This document shows, piece after piece, positions 46,859-56,194 of a stretch of DNA of 64,000 bases. The stretch covers positions 89,826 to 153,825 of the forward strand of contig JAJRZS010000018.1 in assembly GCA_024275135.1 (NCBI GenBank), in the 5' to 3' direction. Under the pieces are notes generated by a model that ran no database searches, was not told the origin of the DNA, and saw nothing but the letters and a program-made list of their open reading frames with translations. The stretch's first letter is position 1, and the number at the start of each line of letters is the position of its first letter. A program made the position numbers and the translations under genes. This stretch comes from Planctomycetota bacterium (GTDB lineage: Bacteria; Planctomycetota; UBA1135).

Positions 46859-46880
46859 TAAAAGCCTAGCAAATCTTTGC

Positions 46881-47567
46881 TTAGGGAAGCACCAGGATTT
46901 CCACCCTTCGGTTGCGGGCTTTGCCTTCTTTGGTGCTGTTGTCGTCTTTCGGCGACCATTCGCCATGGCCAGCAACACGGATGAACTGGGAGTCGATTCC
47001 TTTCTCGGAAATGAGGTAATCGGCAACGGAAAGAGCGCGATTGACCGAGAGTTCTAGGTTGCTCTTCCAGCCCGATTTTTTTGGCTGGTCGGAATCGGTG
47101 TGGCCCTCAATCCAGAAGGTTTTGCCCTCGTAATCCGATTTCAGGATATCCGCCACCATGTCCATGGTTTTCTTGCCCTGTTTATTGAGGTCGGCCTTGC
47201 CGGAGCCAAAGGTGAGGTTGGAATCCACGCCGAGCACAATGAATCCACCGCGCGATTCCACGCTGACATCAGAACCAAGACGCGCTTGCAAATCAGCAAC
47301 TTCTGCATTTTGCTGTTGCAAGGCAGCTTCCCGAGCCGCCAAGCGATCCTGAATTTCTGCATTGCGCTGCTGCTCAAAGCTCAACTGGTCGGTGAGCGCA
47401 GCGTTTTCTGCACGGATGCGATCGCGCTCCATGCGCAGCTTGTCGGAATCGGCCTTGTAGGCTGCCAGTTGTTGGTCTTGGTCCTCAAGCATCTGGCGAT
47501 GCAAGTTGCTTTGGCAGGCCGGAGCCACCAAGGCGATGAGGGCGATGAGAAGAGTGGATTGCTTCAT
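46881..47567 (-). CDS. OmpA-C-like peptidoglycan-binding protein with coiled-coil spacer
   Basis: Signal peptide ending in Cys (LVAPAC), ~90-aa heptad-like Gln/Ala/Arg region, then OmpA core GHTDSD...NLELSVNRALSVADYL...NRRVEILV. Confidence 0.85.
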   Translation of the reverse strand: MKQSTLLIALIALVAPACQSNLHRQMLEDQDQQLAAYKADSDKLRMERDRIRAENAALTDQLSFEQQRNAEIQDRLAAREAALQQQNAEVADLQARLGSDVSVESRGGFIVLGVDSNLTFGSGKADLNKQGKKTMDMVADILKSDYEGKTFWIEGHTDSDQPKKSGWKSNLELSVNRALSVADYLISEKGIDSQFIRVAGHGEWSPKDDNSTKEGKARNRRVEILVLP

Positions 47568-47589
47568 GAGGATGCGCTTTGGGAGGAAC

Positions 47590-48591
47590 CTAGCCGTTTA
47601 AGAAGTGGGGCCAGGTTTGAAGGAAGAACTGATGGACGGTGGCGGGAGCCATCAGTGTGAGGATGGTCCCGAGAATCAGCGGCGGGCCAAACGGAATCGT
47701 CCGTCCTGCCTGCCAGCCGACATAAGCGGACCCATGCACATAGGTATGGGCTTTGCCTTGGGTGCGGCGACGGTGGCGAACCACCAAAATCATCCGCACG
47801 ACATTGACCACACCGAGCAATGCGCCCGCAAAGACGCCAACCGCGAGAGTCCACAAAGAACCCTCTAGGCCGAGGAAGGCGCCGACAGCGGCGAGGTACT
47901 TGACATCACCGAAGCCCAACGCTTCCTGCCTAAGAAGATAGGAAAAAAGGCGACCAATTCCAAACAGGAACCCGAAAGAAATCAAAGAACTAAGGATTCC
48001 TGAAATCAGGGCGAGCTGGGAAGGCGGCATTTCCGGGCTGAGTCCAAACCAGGAGGCACCCAGGGGCATTTGCTCCAAGCCTGGCCACAAATGGAAGGCA
48101 GGTACCAGATAGGCCGCGAGCAAGCCAAAGGGGATGCCGCCCAGAGTGATGCCGTCGGGCAGAATGAAATGGCGAAAATCCACAGCCGCGGCAATCCACA
48201 GCCCGCAGAGGGCGACAAAAGCGAGCACAAGCGCCAGAGCGCCCCCCCCCTGACTCAAGTCGGCTAACCAACTATGTCCCGCCAGCCAAAATAAGAGAGC
48301 TAAGCCAATTTCATGCACCAAATAACCAGGGCCAAAGGCGGCGTGGCAATCTCGGCAGCGACCGCGCAGCAGCAAATAGCCAAGTATAGGTAAATTATCA
48401 TGCCAGCGAATGGTGGCATGGCAGCAGGGACAGTGGGAGCGCGCAGGACGGGCAATGCTCATCCCCTCGCGCGGAATGCGGAAAACGGCAGCAGACGCAA
48501 AGGAGCCGGCCATAGCCCCGCTGAGGACCAGGAAAAAGGAATAGAGCCCAGGACTCTCCTGCTGCAGGACCTCCAACCAACTCATTGCCAT
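47590..48591 (-). CDS. pilD: Prepilin peptidase (A24 family, PilD/GspO)
   Basis: N-terminal Cys box CPCCHATIRWHDNLPILGYLLLRGRCRDC and FGDVKYLAAVGAFLG active-site Asp region. Start at ATG 48591, or TTG 48621. Confidence 0.85.
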   Translation of the reverse strand: MAMSWLEVLQQESPGLYSFFLVLSGAMAGSFASAAVFRIPREGMSIARPARSHCPCCHATIRWHDNLPILGYLLLRGRCRDCHAAFGPGYLVHEIGLALLFWLAGHSWLADLSQGGGALALVLAFVALCGLWIAAAVDFRHFILPDGITLGGIPFGLLAAYLVPAFHLWPGLEQMPLGASWFGLSPEMPPSQLALISGILSSLISFGFLFGIGRLFSYLLRQEALGFGDVKYLAAVGAFLGLEGSLWTLAVGVFAGALLGVVNVVRMILVVRHRRRTQGKAHTYVHGSAYVGWQAGRTIPFGPPLILGTILTLMAPATVHQFFLQTWPHFLNG

Positions 48592-48627
48592 GATTGTGGC
48601 CTGGCCTCCGATAGAATCCAAGCGCCT

Positions 48628-49455
48628 TTAGGAATCGTCGGCGCTTTGCGGACGCGGCACACATCGTAGGATGCGATCGCTCCCGGGCAGTGGCCATCCC
48701 CCCAGGCCCTCCAAGCCTGCGGGCAATTCCAAAATACCCCAAGCCTGCGGCTGCAAAAGGTGCACTTCAATTTCGGCAAAATCGTAGCGGTTGGCAACCA
48801 AGTGCATCGGAACCGCAATGGTTTTGGCCTGTCCGCGCGGCCGCCACTGGGCCTGCGCGGACAAACTCCGTGGATCCAAGCCACGGGTAAAACGCAGCCG
48901 GAGGGGGGTATCCGCAGAAAAGACGAAGGGATCTTGCAACGAGGCCCGCTGCAAGCGTAAATCCGACGACTCCACGCCAAGCCCACTCAAGGCACTCGAC
49001 GCTTGGGCATCTAAGGTATGAAACCGAAGCATCAGGTCCTGCGCCAGGACATGACCATCCGCGGAACGTAGAGCTCGCAGCCAAGGCAAGCCGAAAAGAT
49101 GAATCGCGTAATTTTGCTGGGGCAGCAAACTGCCATCGCTGAGGTCGGGTGACAAAGGCAAACGCGGCTCCAGATAGAGCCAACGTCCAACCACACTGCT
49201 GTGGATGCCAGCAACAACCCGCCCCCCCTCATCCAATAATTCCACAGAGCTGGCGCGAAAGGGTTGTGCCAAGGGCTGCGCAAACTCCACTCTCAGAATC
49301 TGGTCCAAAGCCACTGCAGTGCCGTCGTCTCCCGTCCACGACAACACCTCCAGCGCCAACGGCTCTGGGTGCGGGCTGCAAGCGGTTAGGACAACAACAA
49401 CCCCTGCTCCGCGGCACAACGACCAAAGAGCAGGGGTTGGGAAAAAACTCAACAA
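48628..49455 (-). CDS. Small lipoprotein with Big_5/SbsA-like Ig module
   Basis: VVVVLTAC lipobox; VALDQILRVEFAQPLAQPFRASSVELLDEGGRVV module. TTG start 6 nt after the upstream stop. Confidence 0.6.
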   Translation of the reverse strand: MLSFFPTPALWSLCRGAGVVVVLTACSPHPEPLALEVLSWTGDDGTAVALDQILRVEFAQPLAQPFRASSVELLDEGGRVVAGIHSSVVGRWLYLEPRLPLSPDLSDGSLLPQQNYAIHLFGLPWLRALRSADGHVLAQDLMLRFHTLDAQASSALSGLGVESSDLRLQRASLQDPFVFSADTPLRLRFTRGLDPRSLSAQAQWRPRGQAKTIAVPMHLVANRYDFAEIEVHLLQPQAWGILELPAGLEGLGGWPLPGSDRILRCVPRPQSADDS

Positions 49456-49461
49456 ATCGTC

Positions 49462-52400
49462 TTACCAAGCAATGGGTAGCTTGATGTATTCCAAAGAGGG
49501 ACGTTCTTTATCCACAGTTGGGCCAGCATTCAAGGCATCAATGTTGAAGGTTACCCGGTAGCGAATGAAGCGCATGCCCTTGAGATCCGCCAAGGTGGTG
49601 ACCCCATCCCCCGTCCATGGTGTGGTGGCTGCCAAGTCGGGAATGTTCGAGCCAGGGGAAGTTTCTTCGGTGCCTTGGAACTGAATGCGCACGCTAGCGG
49701 AAATGGGCAAACGATCCTTGGTATCGGTGGTGGTGATGCGGAAGAACTTCGCCTGCACAGCCCAGTTCAGAGAGGCCAACAGAGCCATGGGACCATCCGA
49801 CACACGCGTCGATAACACCAAAGTTTCAGGCGCTGCGGTGTATACAGCATCCACGATTTCAAAACTTGCTGGGGTTAGCTGGGTGGTGTCGGGAACCACG
49901 TCGTAGCCAATTAACAAACGCGGATTGCGCAGGAAGTCGGCGACAAAGGAGGCAGAGGGGTTGGTGATAGTGACCGTGTAGTTTTGGAAGGAAGCAGTTC
50001 CGGCACCTCCATCGGAGCCGACCACCGCGCCGGGAGTGACCAAGTTGGCGCTCGTGTTCACCAGTCCGGTGAGCGGATCAATGCCGGCAAAGCTCAAGGC
50101 AGGATCGGCGTAATCAGGGAATGGGCCAACCCCATTGGCCGGATTGCGCAATTCAGCCAGCCCCGTATCAATCCACTTGCTCTGGAACTGCGACTCGGGG
50201 GAATACATCGGCACCAGGGTGAACGGAGTTGGGATGGCATAGACCCCGAGCACTTCATCCTGGCGATCGGAGATGACCGGATTGGTCAAATCCTGGGCCG
50301 TGATGTACTGCTTGAAAGCCGCATCCACATTGGGGTGGTAGGTGATATCGGTTAGCGGGTTCGGCACATGGATTTGGATTAATCCACTCGCACCGGCACC
50401 GCCGCGGCCAGTCATGTAGGTGCTATTGCCATCGTAACCAACGCCATTCGAACCTTCTGCCCCAGTGAGGTTATCAGCATTGCTTTCATTGAAGCCACCA
50501 TTCGAAGTGCCTGCTGCAAACCGGCTTCCCGCCCATCCCCGGCGACCGCCAATGGCCTGAATCAGGTGGGCTGGAGTGATGCTGTCGAAGAAGGTGGCCG
50601 GGATACCCGGATCTCCAGGCAAGCCAACGTCAATCAAACTCAAGTTGAGGCCCGAAGCGGAATGCAACACGATATGTCCGCCGGAGCCACCGCCGGAGCC
50701 GGAAACCTGCGAAGTGGACCCCCACAGGGTGCCTTCTGCTGTGGACTCGCCCCCATTGCCGGAACCGCCATTGGCTTTCAAGATGGCAGCCGGTCCCAAA
50801 GTAATCGGCCCCAAGGCCAGGATTTGGACTTGACCACCACCGCCGCCGCCAGGAGCACCCCGGAAGTAGCGAGCGGTGAAACCATAGGGGAAATTTTGGT
50901 CGGGGAAGTGGTCGCCAAGGATGTCTTGTTGATCATTGCCGTCAACGTCAAGCAAACGGAACAAGGTTTGCAAGTCACCGCTGGCTCCCCCTCCGGAGCC
51001 GGCAGACGGCGCCAACAACTCACCCGTAATCAACACAGGTTCGGTTCCTGGAGTACCATCCCAGTAGTAGCGTTGTCCCCAGAAGTTATTGCTTGGATCA
51101 GCATCCTGGAAGATGGGTGCGCCGCCAACGCCACCATCAGGGCCAATGGTGGGGCTACCGAAAGCATAATCAATGCCGGAAACACTGGTTTGCGGCGGAT
51201 CAAAGGTAATGTCCGGCTCTTCTCCGTTACTCAATTGGGGCAAGATATCCGGACTTTGATCTTCAAAGCCATGCACGCCGTGGGGATCTTGGCGCGCTTG
51301 ATCGCTGGCAGGAACATCGTTGCCCAGGCTGCTACCGCGCAAACCGTCTTCAGCACCCATAAAGGTAGTGTTGGGATCCAAAGTACCATTGAAAATGGTG
51401 TGACGATCAACACGCAAATCGGGGCCTGAGTTTTCGAAGGTGCCCGGGTTTTCTAGCAAGCTCCAACGATCCCAGAAAATGGCGTCGGTACGACCCTCCG
51501 AAAAACCGCCGCCACCGCCACCGCCAGCAAGCAGGAAATCCGAGGAAACAAGAGTAGGACTCAAAGCTGGATTGCGGTCTTGTTGGTAGCCCCCTTCTCC
51601 GCCTTCTCCGCCTGCATGCAGCAAGCCAAAAGGACCGTCACCATTTTCGCCACGAGGCGTGTAGTCGTCAGTGACCCAAGAAGCATCGCCGCCATCTCCA
51701 CCGCCACAAGCACCAGAAGCGCCTGGAACCATAATTTCGGGATGGAAGGCGCCGCCGTCAGGTTGCGTTGCGTTGAAGCCGCTCGCATCCAAGGTGCCCA
51801 AAAGAATGGCCTCGCCGGACACATAGACGATAAACGGGTTGCTGCCGGTAGCACGTAAAGTTGCCCCGGCTTCAATGGTGAAGTCGTGGACGTTCAAAAC
51901 TCCATGGTCGACAGTGAAGACTTTGCCATTGCCGTCCGTGACCTGCACCACATCCGTGGTGTCGATAGCCAAAACCCCTTGCGCTGTGGTCACCACAAAG
52001 TTTTGGTCCACCCCCACTGGAGTGCCCGGGAAGGGGAAACCTGCGGTGACCAAATCCGGAGTGACAATGGCCGAAGGCTGTGGCAGGTCGGCCTCAAAGT
52101 CGATGTTGTTCGGAGTGCCGAAATCATCGCGAAATTCATCGTAAGTGACATCGGCTTCGGTAAAGGTGGGCCCACTGGCGTAAAAGGAACTCAAGGTAGG
52201 CAGGGTGACTGGCGCCGACACGATTTTACTGGTGTTGGAATTGCCACCAATGTCTTCAAAATCGGGGGTGAGCACCACGCGAATGTCTCTTCCCGGAATC
52301 AAAATGCCACTAACGACAAAATGCAGAACAGCCCCGTCGCCACAATTGCTCACCACTTGCCAATTGCCAGCAATGATATTGCCGGAACTTGGAAAGACCC

Positions 52401-53082
52401 CACCTGGGTTGGAATACTGCACATACAAGCGATCGGGCTGCAAGTTGGCCGGATCCGGATTAATGGACTGGTTGAAGCCCAACACCAAGATGGTGGCATC
52501 CTGGGACATCAGGCCCAAGGCGTTAGGCACTTGCAGAGATTGCAGCATCGGCGGCCCAACAATGGTGTCGGCAAACAAAACATCGCCAATGGCCGGGGTG
52601 CGGAAAGTGCGGGTTAGGCCAACCGAAAGTTGATGCCCTGCAACATCACGCAATACGCTTGAGCCTCCAGATCCTTGGGTTGGCAAAACCAACTCGTAGT
52701 TCAAGCTTCCCGGCACAAAGCCACCGTTGGTGTTGCTGGCATTGGTGGGACAAGCCGGATTGAATTGGATGCCGAAGTTGGCATTGCCATCCGCGTCGGC
52801 AATCAGTTCAAAAGTTCCGGTCACCGGGTTGCCCGAATTGCTGGGATCGGTGGGGCGCAAAATGACAGAGCCGAAACTTACCGAGTTGGGATCTACCGCA
52901 TTGTTAAAGAAAATCTTGATGGGTCGGTTCAAAAACCAACTATCACCATCGCTCACATTGGTGGTTTGAACTTTAAAGGCACCGATGGCTGGGGCTGAGG
53001 CTTTACAGCCAACCAAGACTGGCACCACCAAGGCACTCAACAGCACCAAACTGCGCGACAAAGGGAATCGGGATGGAGTCAT
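49462..53082 (-). CDS. Giant lipoprotein (1206 aa), Ig-like N-terminus plus Gly-rich beta-helix-like core
   Basis: MTPSRFPLSRSLVLLSALVVPVLVGC. RPIKIFFNNAVDPNSVSFGSVILRP module. GGGGGG runs with GGHIVLHSASGLNLSLI-type strands. Start overlaps the upstream stop by 1 nt. Confidence 0.85.
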   Translation of the reverse strand: MTPSRFPLSRSLVLLSALVVPVLVGCKASAPAIGAFKVQTTNVSDGDSWFLNRPIKIFFNNAVDPNSVSFGSVILRPTDPSNSGNPVTGTFELIADADGNANFGIQFNPACPTNASNTNGGFVPGSLNYELVLPTQGSGGSSVLRDVAGHQLSVGLTRTFRTPAIGDVLFADTIVGPPMLQSLQVPNALGLMSQDATILVLGFNQSINPDPANLQPDRLYVQYSNPGGVFPSSGNIIAGNWQVVSNCGDGAVLHFVVSGILIPGRDIRVVLTPDFEDIGGNSNTSKIVSAPVTLPTLSSFYASGPTFTEADVTYDEFRDDFGTPNNIDFEADLPQPSAIVTPDLVTAGFPFPGTPVGVDQNFVVTTAQGVLAIDTTDVVQVTDGNGKVFTVDHGVLNVHDFTIEAGATLRATGSNPFIVYVSGEAILLGTLDASGFNATQPDGGAFHPEIMVPGASGACGGGDGGDASWVTDDYTPRGENGDGPFGLLHAGGEGGEGGYQQDRNPALSPTLVSSDFLLAGGGGGGGFSEGRTDAIFWDRWSLLENPGTFENSGPDLRVDRHTIFNGTLDPNTTFMGAEDGLRGSSLGNDVPASDQARQDPHGVHGFEDQSPDILPQLSNGEEPDITFDPPQTSVSGIDYAFGSPTIGPDGGVGGAPIFQDADPSNNFWGQRYYWDGTPGTEPVLITGELLAPSAGSGGGASGDLQTLFRLLDVDGNDQQDILGDHFPDQNFPYGFTARYFRGAPGGGGGGQVQILALGPITLGPAAILKANGGSGNGGESTAEGTLWGSTSQVSGSGGGSGGHIVLHSASGLNLSLIDVGLPGDPGIPATFFDSITPAHLIQAIGGRRGWAGSRFAAGTSNGGFNESNADNLTGAEGSNGVGYDGNSTYMTGRGGAGASGLIQIHVPNPLTDITYHPNVDAAFKQYITAQDLTNPVISDRQDEVLGVYAIPTPFTLVPMYSPESQFQSKWIDTGLAELRNPANGVGPFPDYADPALSFAGIDPLTGLVNTSANLVTPGAVVGSDGGAGTASFQNYTVTITNPSASFVADFLRNPRLLIGYDVVPDTTQLTPASFEIVDAVYTAAPETLVLSTRVSDGPMALLASLNWAVQAKFFRITTTDTKDRLPISASVRIQFQGTEETSPGSNIPDLAATTPWTGDGVTTLADLKGMRFIRYRVTFNIDALNAGPTVDKERPSLEYIKLPIAW

Positions 53083-56000
53083 CAGTTTGTAGTGTAGGCG
53101 AAGCCGAAGGCGTCAAGTTCCGCTAGGAGGTCTTGTTGGATGTTGGAGACGAAGGTGAAGCGGAGTTGGAAGTATTGGCGTCCGTCATTCACCAGGTCGG
53201 CAGGATCGGAGTACCAATCGGATGGGGTGGAAAGGATAGCGCAGCCGTCGTAATCCGCGTAGGCGTCAAAATCAGTACTGGCATCGTTTAGAGGTGTTGA
53301 TGAAAAGCAGCCAGAGACATTGATGGAATCGACCGAGCGGAACTGAACCTCCACCGAAGTACCAGGATTGGCTTGTACCGCAGTCGGCTCAATGGTGAGG
53401 CTCGACATGGAAGCTAAAGTGCCTCCCAAGTCAAACCAGTGGGTGTAAACCTTGCTGACCTTGGTGACAAAATCCACCTGCCCCCAATACAGTTCGGGGC
53501 CAAAACCTTTGGTGCCCGTCCCGGTAATTGTGTTGTAGCCTCCATTCGGATTGGTGCCTTCCGGCGGCAAATCCGGACGCACCAAATGCCATTGGCCACC
53601 GCCATCCCGGCCACCCGAGGAGAACACACGGAAAGCAGGAACATTGGAGGAGCCAACCATGATTTGCACCTGGAAACCGTTGAAGCCAAATTCGTTGCCA
53701 CGGGGATAGGCGCGGAAATGCATCAACAAGGGCAAGGCAATACTTGGATAATAGCCTTTCTCGTAGGTTGGTGGTGCATCGTTGACCACCCTTGGAGGCA
53801 CGCCCCAACCAGCGGCATCGGAGGAGCTGGGGTTTCCTCCTACTAAGGTACCTCCATTAGGCACAGGGAAATCCGTGTCCCGCCAAGTGTAGGTAGTGGT
53901 GAAATCGGGCCATGGGTACATGGTGACTCCACCGGAAGTGGTAAAGCGATTGACCCCCGAAATTTCGTAAGTGGTGTCAAACATGATGACTTCATCCAAA
54001 TCCTTATACAACACTGGATCTTGACCGAAGCCGTAGATGTTGTCATCAAATTTGTTGGAAGTTAGACGTTTTAGGCCGGAGTTGTAATACTGAGGATAGC
54101 CAGTGGATTGGTTAATAAAATCATCGGGGAAGCGGTTGGAGTGCGCCAAGGCCAAAGAGTAGCGATCAAAGGTATCGTCAAACACCACCCCATCAAAGGG
54201 GGACCAGTTCAAACCTTCCACATCCAAGTTGAACTCGCTGATGCTGGATAAACCAAAACCTAAGTGGTGATAACCATACACCGTCATCAATACCGAGCCA
54301 GCTGGTGCTAACGGCGTCATCACCCCAGAGGCAAATTTCAATCGTTGGCCCACATATTGGTTGGTTTGGTCCGCCTGGCGGGAAAAGCGCGTAATGGCGC
54401 GGCCGCGCAAAACGCCGTCACCCACAATCGGGCCAAGTTGTCCGCCATATTCGGGAGCCTGGTCGTTATCTTCATCCACCCCGTTGCCACGCAAGGCGAA
54501 GTATTTGTCGACAGGAGCCGTTCCTGCTACAGAAAATTGTTCGGTTTGGCTGGAGTGGCCAGCAACAAATCCGGTGAAATCCACGACATTGCCCGCCAAG
54601 TCCAAGATTCCCGTATTGCCATCACGCAAGGCGAGTGAAATTTGCATGCTGGGTTCATTAAAGGCATTGGTAATGCCAGCGACCGGAGCCAAGGTGAAGG
54701 TTTGCGCGTCCCCGGAAGCTTGAATGGGGCCGAACATAATACGACCAGGGCCCCCACCCGAGCCAAAGCCAGGCAAACGATCGATGTAATCAGGAACGGT
54801 TTCCCCACCGACCTTATTCCATTCATCGTTATTGTCACCAGCGCCGATGGTTCCCGATGCCAACACCATCGAATCCAAAGACCGCACGGTGGTGGTGTCC
54901 ATGGGTTCACTGAAGCGAACCGAAATCGTGGCGTAAGGATCCACCCCTTGAGCGGGGTAGGTGGTTGGCGCCGGAGTGATGGTGAGGAAACAAAGCTGAA
55001 GGTCGGAATCCGCCACCGTGTAGCGAGTGGTGAGGTTACCCGACAAGTTGGCACTGCCTCCGGGCAAGGTGCCGGACAACAGAACGCCCTGCACCGAATA
55101 GGCCGCGCTATTTGAAGCGTCAACAACCGAAGTGATTTGAACCAGGGCATCGCCAATTTCGAACACATCCCCCTCTTTGGGAGAAATGCCTCGGCAGTTC
55201 ACAGCATCGATGGAATACACCATGTTGCGTTGTTGACCAGCGGCCGTCACCGTGGCGATGGTGACATTCTGCGTGACAATCAAAGATGGCTTTGCCGTAT
55301 CCACCAAGAAGCCATTAAAAACATCCTGCTTGTTGCCTGTGCGCACGGCGCGAATGGAGACAGGATCGAGGCCAGCAAACTCATGGGGCTCGACAATGGA
55401 CGTGCCTGCAGCGTTCCTGGTGACGTCAAAAGTATGCGTGCCCTGTTTGTTAGTGAGCAGCATCGTTTGATTGATGAACGGATTGATTTTGGTAGGAATC
55501 CGAATCTTAAGATTGGGTGTGGCCTGGTCGATGGATTCGGGAAAACCAATTCCGTTTTGGGGAAGCCCCAAAGCTTGCGAATCAGCCTTGGAAATGGTGG
55601 GATCCAAAATCACAACACCCTTGGGCTGCCCATCCTGACCGATCCCCTCTTTCACCACATAACGCACCTCCAAGGAAACAAAGCTCTCACTAGTGGTGCC
55701 AACCAAAACTTGAATAGTCTGGCGATCCACGGTGGATGGATCCAGAAATTCTGAGAACTCCAGACGAATGGCACCATTGCGAGCAACCTTGGTGAAGGGG
55801 CCCGGGTCATCAAAGCTCTTCGCTTGCAATGAGGCCAAACCAGAGCGGGCATCGGCCAAGGCGGTATCGAATTGCGGGGTCCCCTGCGCGGCCAAAATTT
55901 TCAATATTTCGGTTTGCGTGATGGGGTTTTGACTGAGTTCATAAGACAAACCATCACTGCGCACGTCCTCGCGGATAATGACGTCTTGTTCTACCAACAC

Positions 56001-56192
56001 ACCATTGATATCAAAAACATCCACTAGGCGCCCCCATTGCATGTTCTCCAAGAACAATGTGGATTTGCCCGACCCCGGTCCTGTACCCAGACCTTGCTCT
56101 AACCCAGGACCAGTAGCCTTACAGCCCACCAGAGCGAAAGCAACAACAGCCGAAAGGAGCAGATGGAAGGAGGAAAATGAGGATTGTTTCAT
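53082..56192 (-). CDS. Giant lipoprotein (~1036 aa), family 2
   Basis: MKQSSFSSFHLLLSAVVAFALVGC. Modules AIRLEFSEFLDPSTVDRQTIQV and ATISVRFSEPMDTTTVRSLDSMVL. Collinear with 56195-59311. ATG 56192 lies 2 nt after the upstream stop. Confidence 0.85.
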   Translation of the reverse strand: MKQSSFSSFHLLLSAVVAFALVGCKATGPGLEQGLGTGPGSGKSTLFLENMQWGRLVDVFDINGVLVEQDVIIREDVRSDGLSYELSQNPITQTEILKILAAQGTPQFDTALADARSGLASLQAKSFDDPGPFTKVARNGAIRLEFSEFLDPSTVDRQTIQVLVGTTSESFVSLEVRYVVKEGIGQDGQPKGVVILDPTISKADSQALGLPQNGIGFPESIDQATPNLKIRIPTKINPFINQTMLLTNKQGTHTFDVTRNAAGTSIVEPHEFAGLDPVSIRAVRTGNKQDVFNGFLVDTAKPSLIVTQNVTIATVTAAGQQRNMVYSIDAVNCRGISPKEGDVFEIGDALVQITSVVDASNSAAYSVQGVLLSGTLPGGSANLSGNLTTRYTVADSDLQLCFLTITPAPTTYPAQGVDPYATISVRFSEPMDTTTVRSLDSMVLASGTIGAGDNNDEWNKVGGETVPDYIDRLPGFGSGGGPGRIMFGPIQASGDAQTFTLAPVAGITNAFNEPSMQISLALRDGNTGILDLAGNVVDFTGFVAGHSSQTEQFSVAGTAPVDKYFALRGNGVDEDNDQAPEYGGQLGPIVGDGVLRGRAITRFSRQADQTNQYVGQRLKFASGVMTPLAPAGSVLMTVYGYHHLGFGLSSISEFNLDVEGLNWSPFDGVVFDDTFDRYSLALAHSNRFPDDFINQSTGYPQYYNSGLKRLTSNKFDDNIYGFGQDPVLYKDLDEVIMFDTTYEISGVNRFTTSGGVTMYPWPDFTTTYTWRDTDFPVPNGGTLVGGNPSSSDAAGWGVPPRVVNDAPPTYEKGYYPSIALPLLMHFRAYPRGNEFGFNGFQVQIMVGSSNVPAFRVFSSGGRDGGGQWHLVRPDLPPEGTNPNGGYNTITGTGTKGFGPELYWGQVDFVTKVSKVYTHWFDLGGTLASMSSLTIEPTAVQANPGTSVEVQFRSVDSINVSGCFSSTPLNDASTDFDAYADYDGCAILSTPSDWYSDPADLVNDGRQYFQLRFTFVSNIQQDLLAELDAFGFAYTTN

Positions 56193-56194
56193 GC

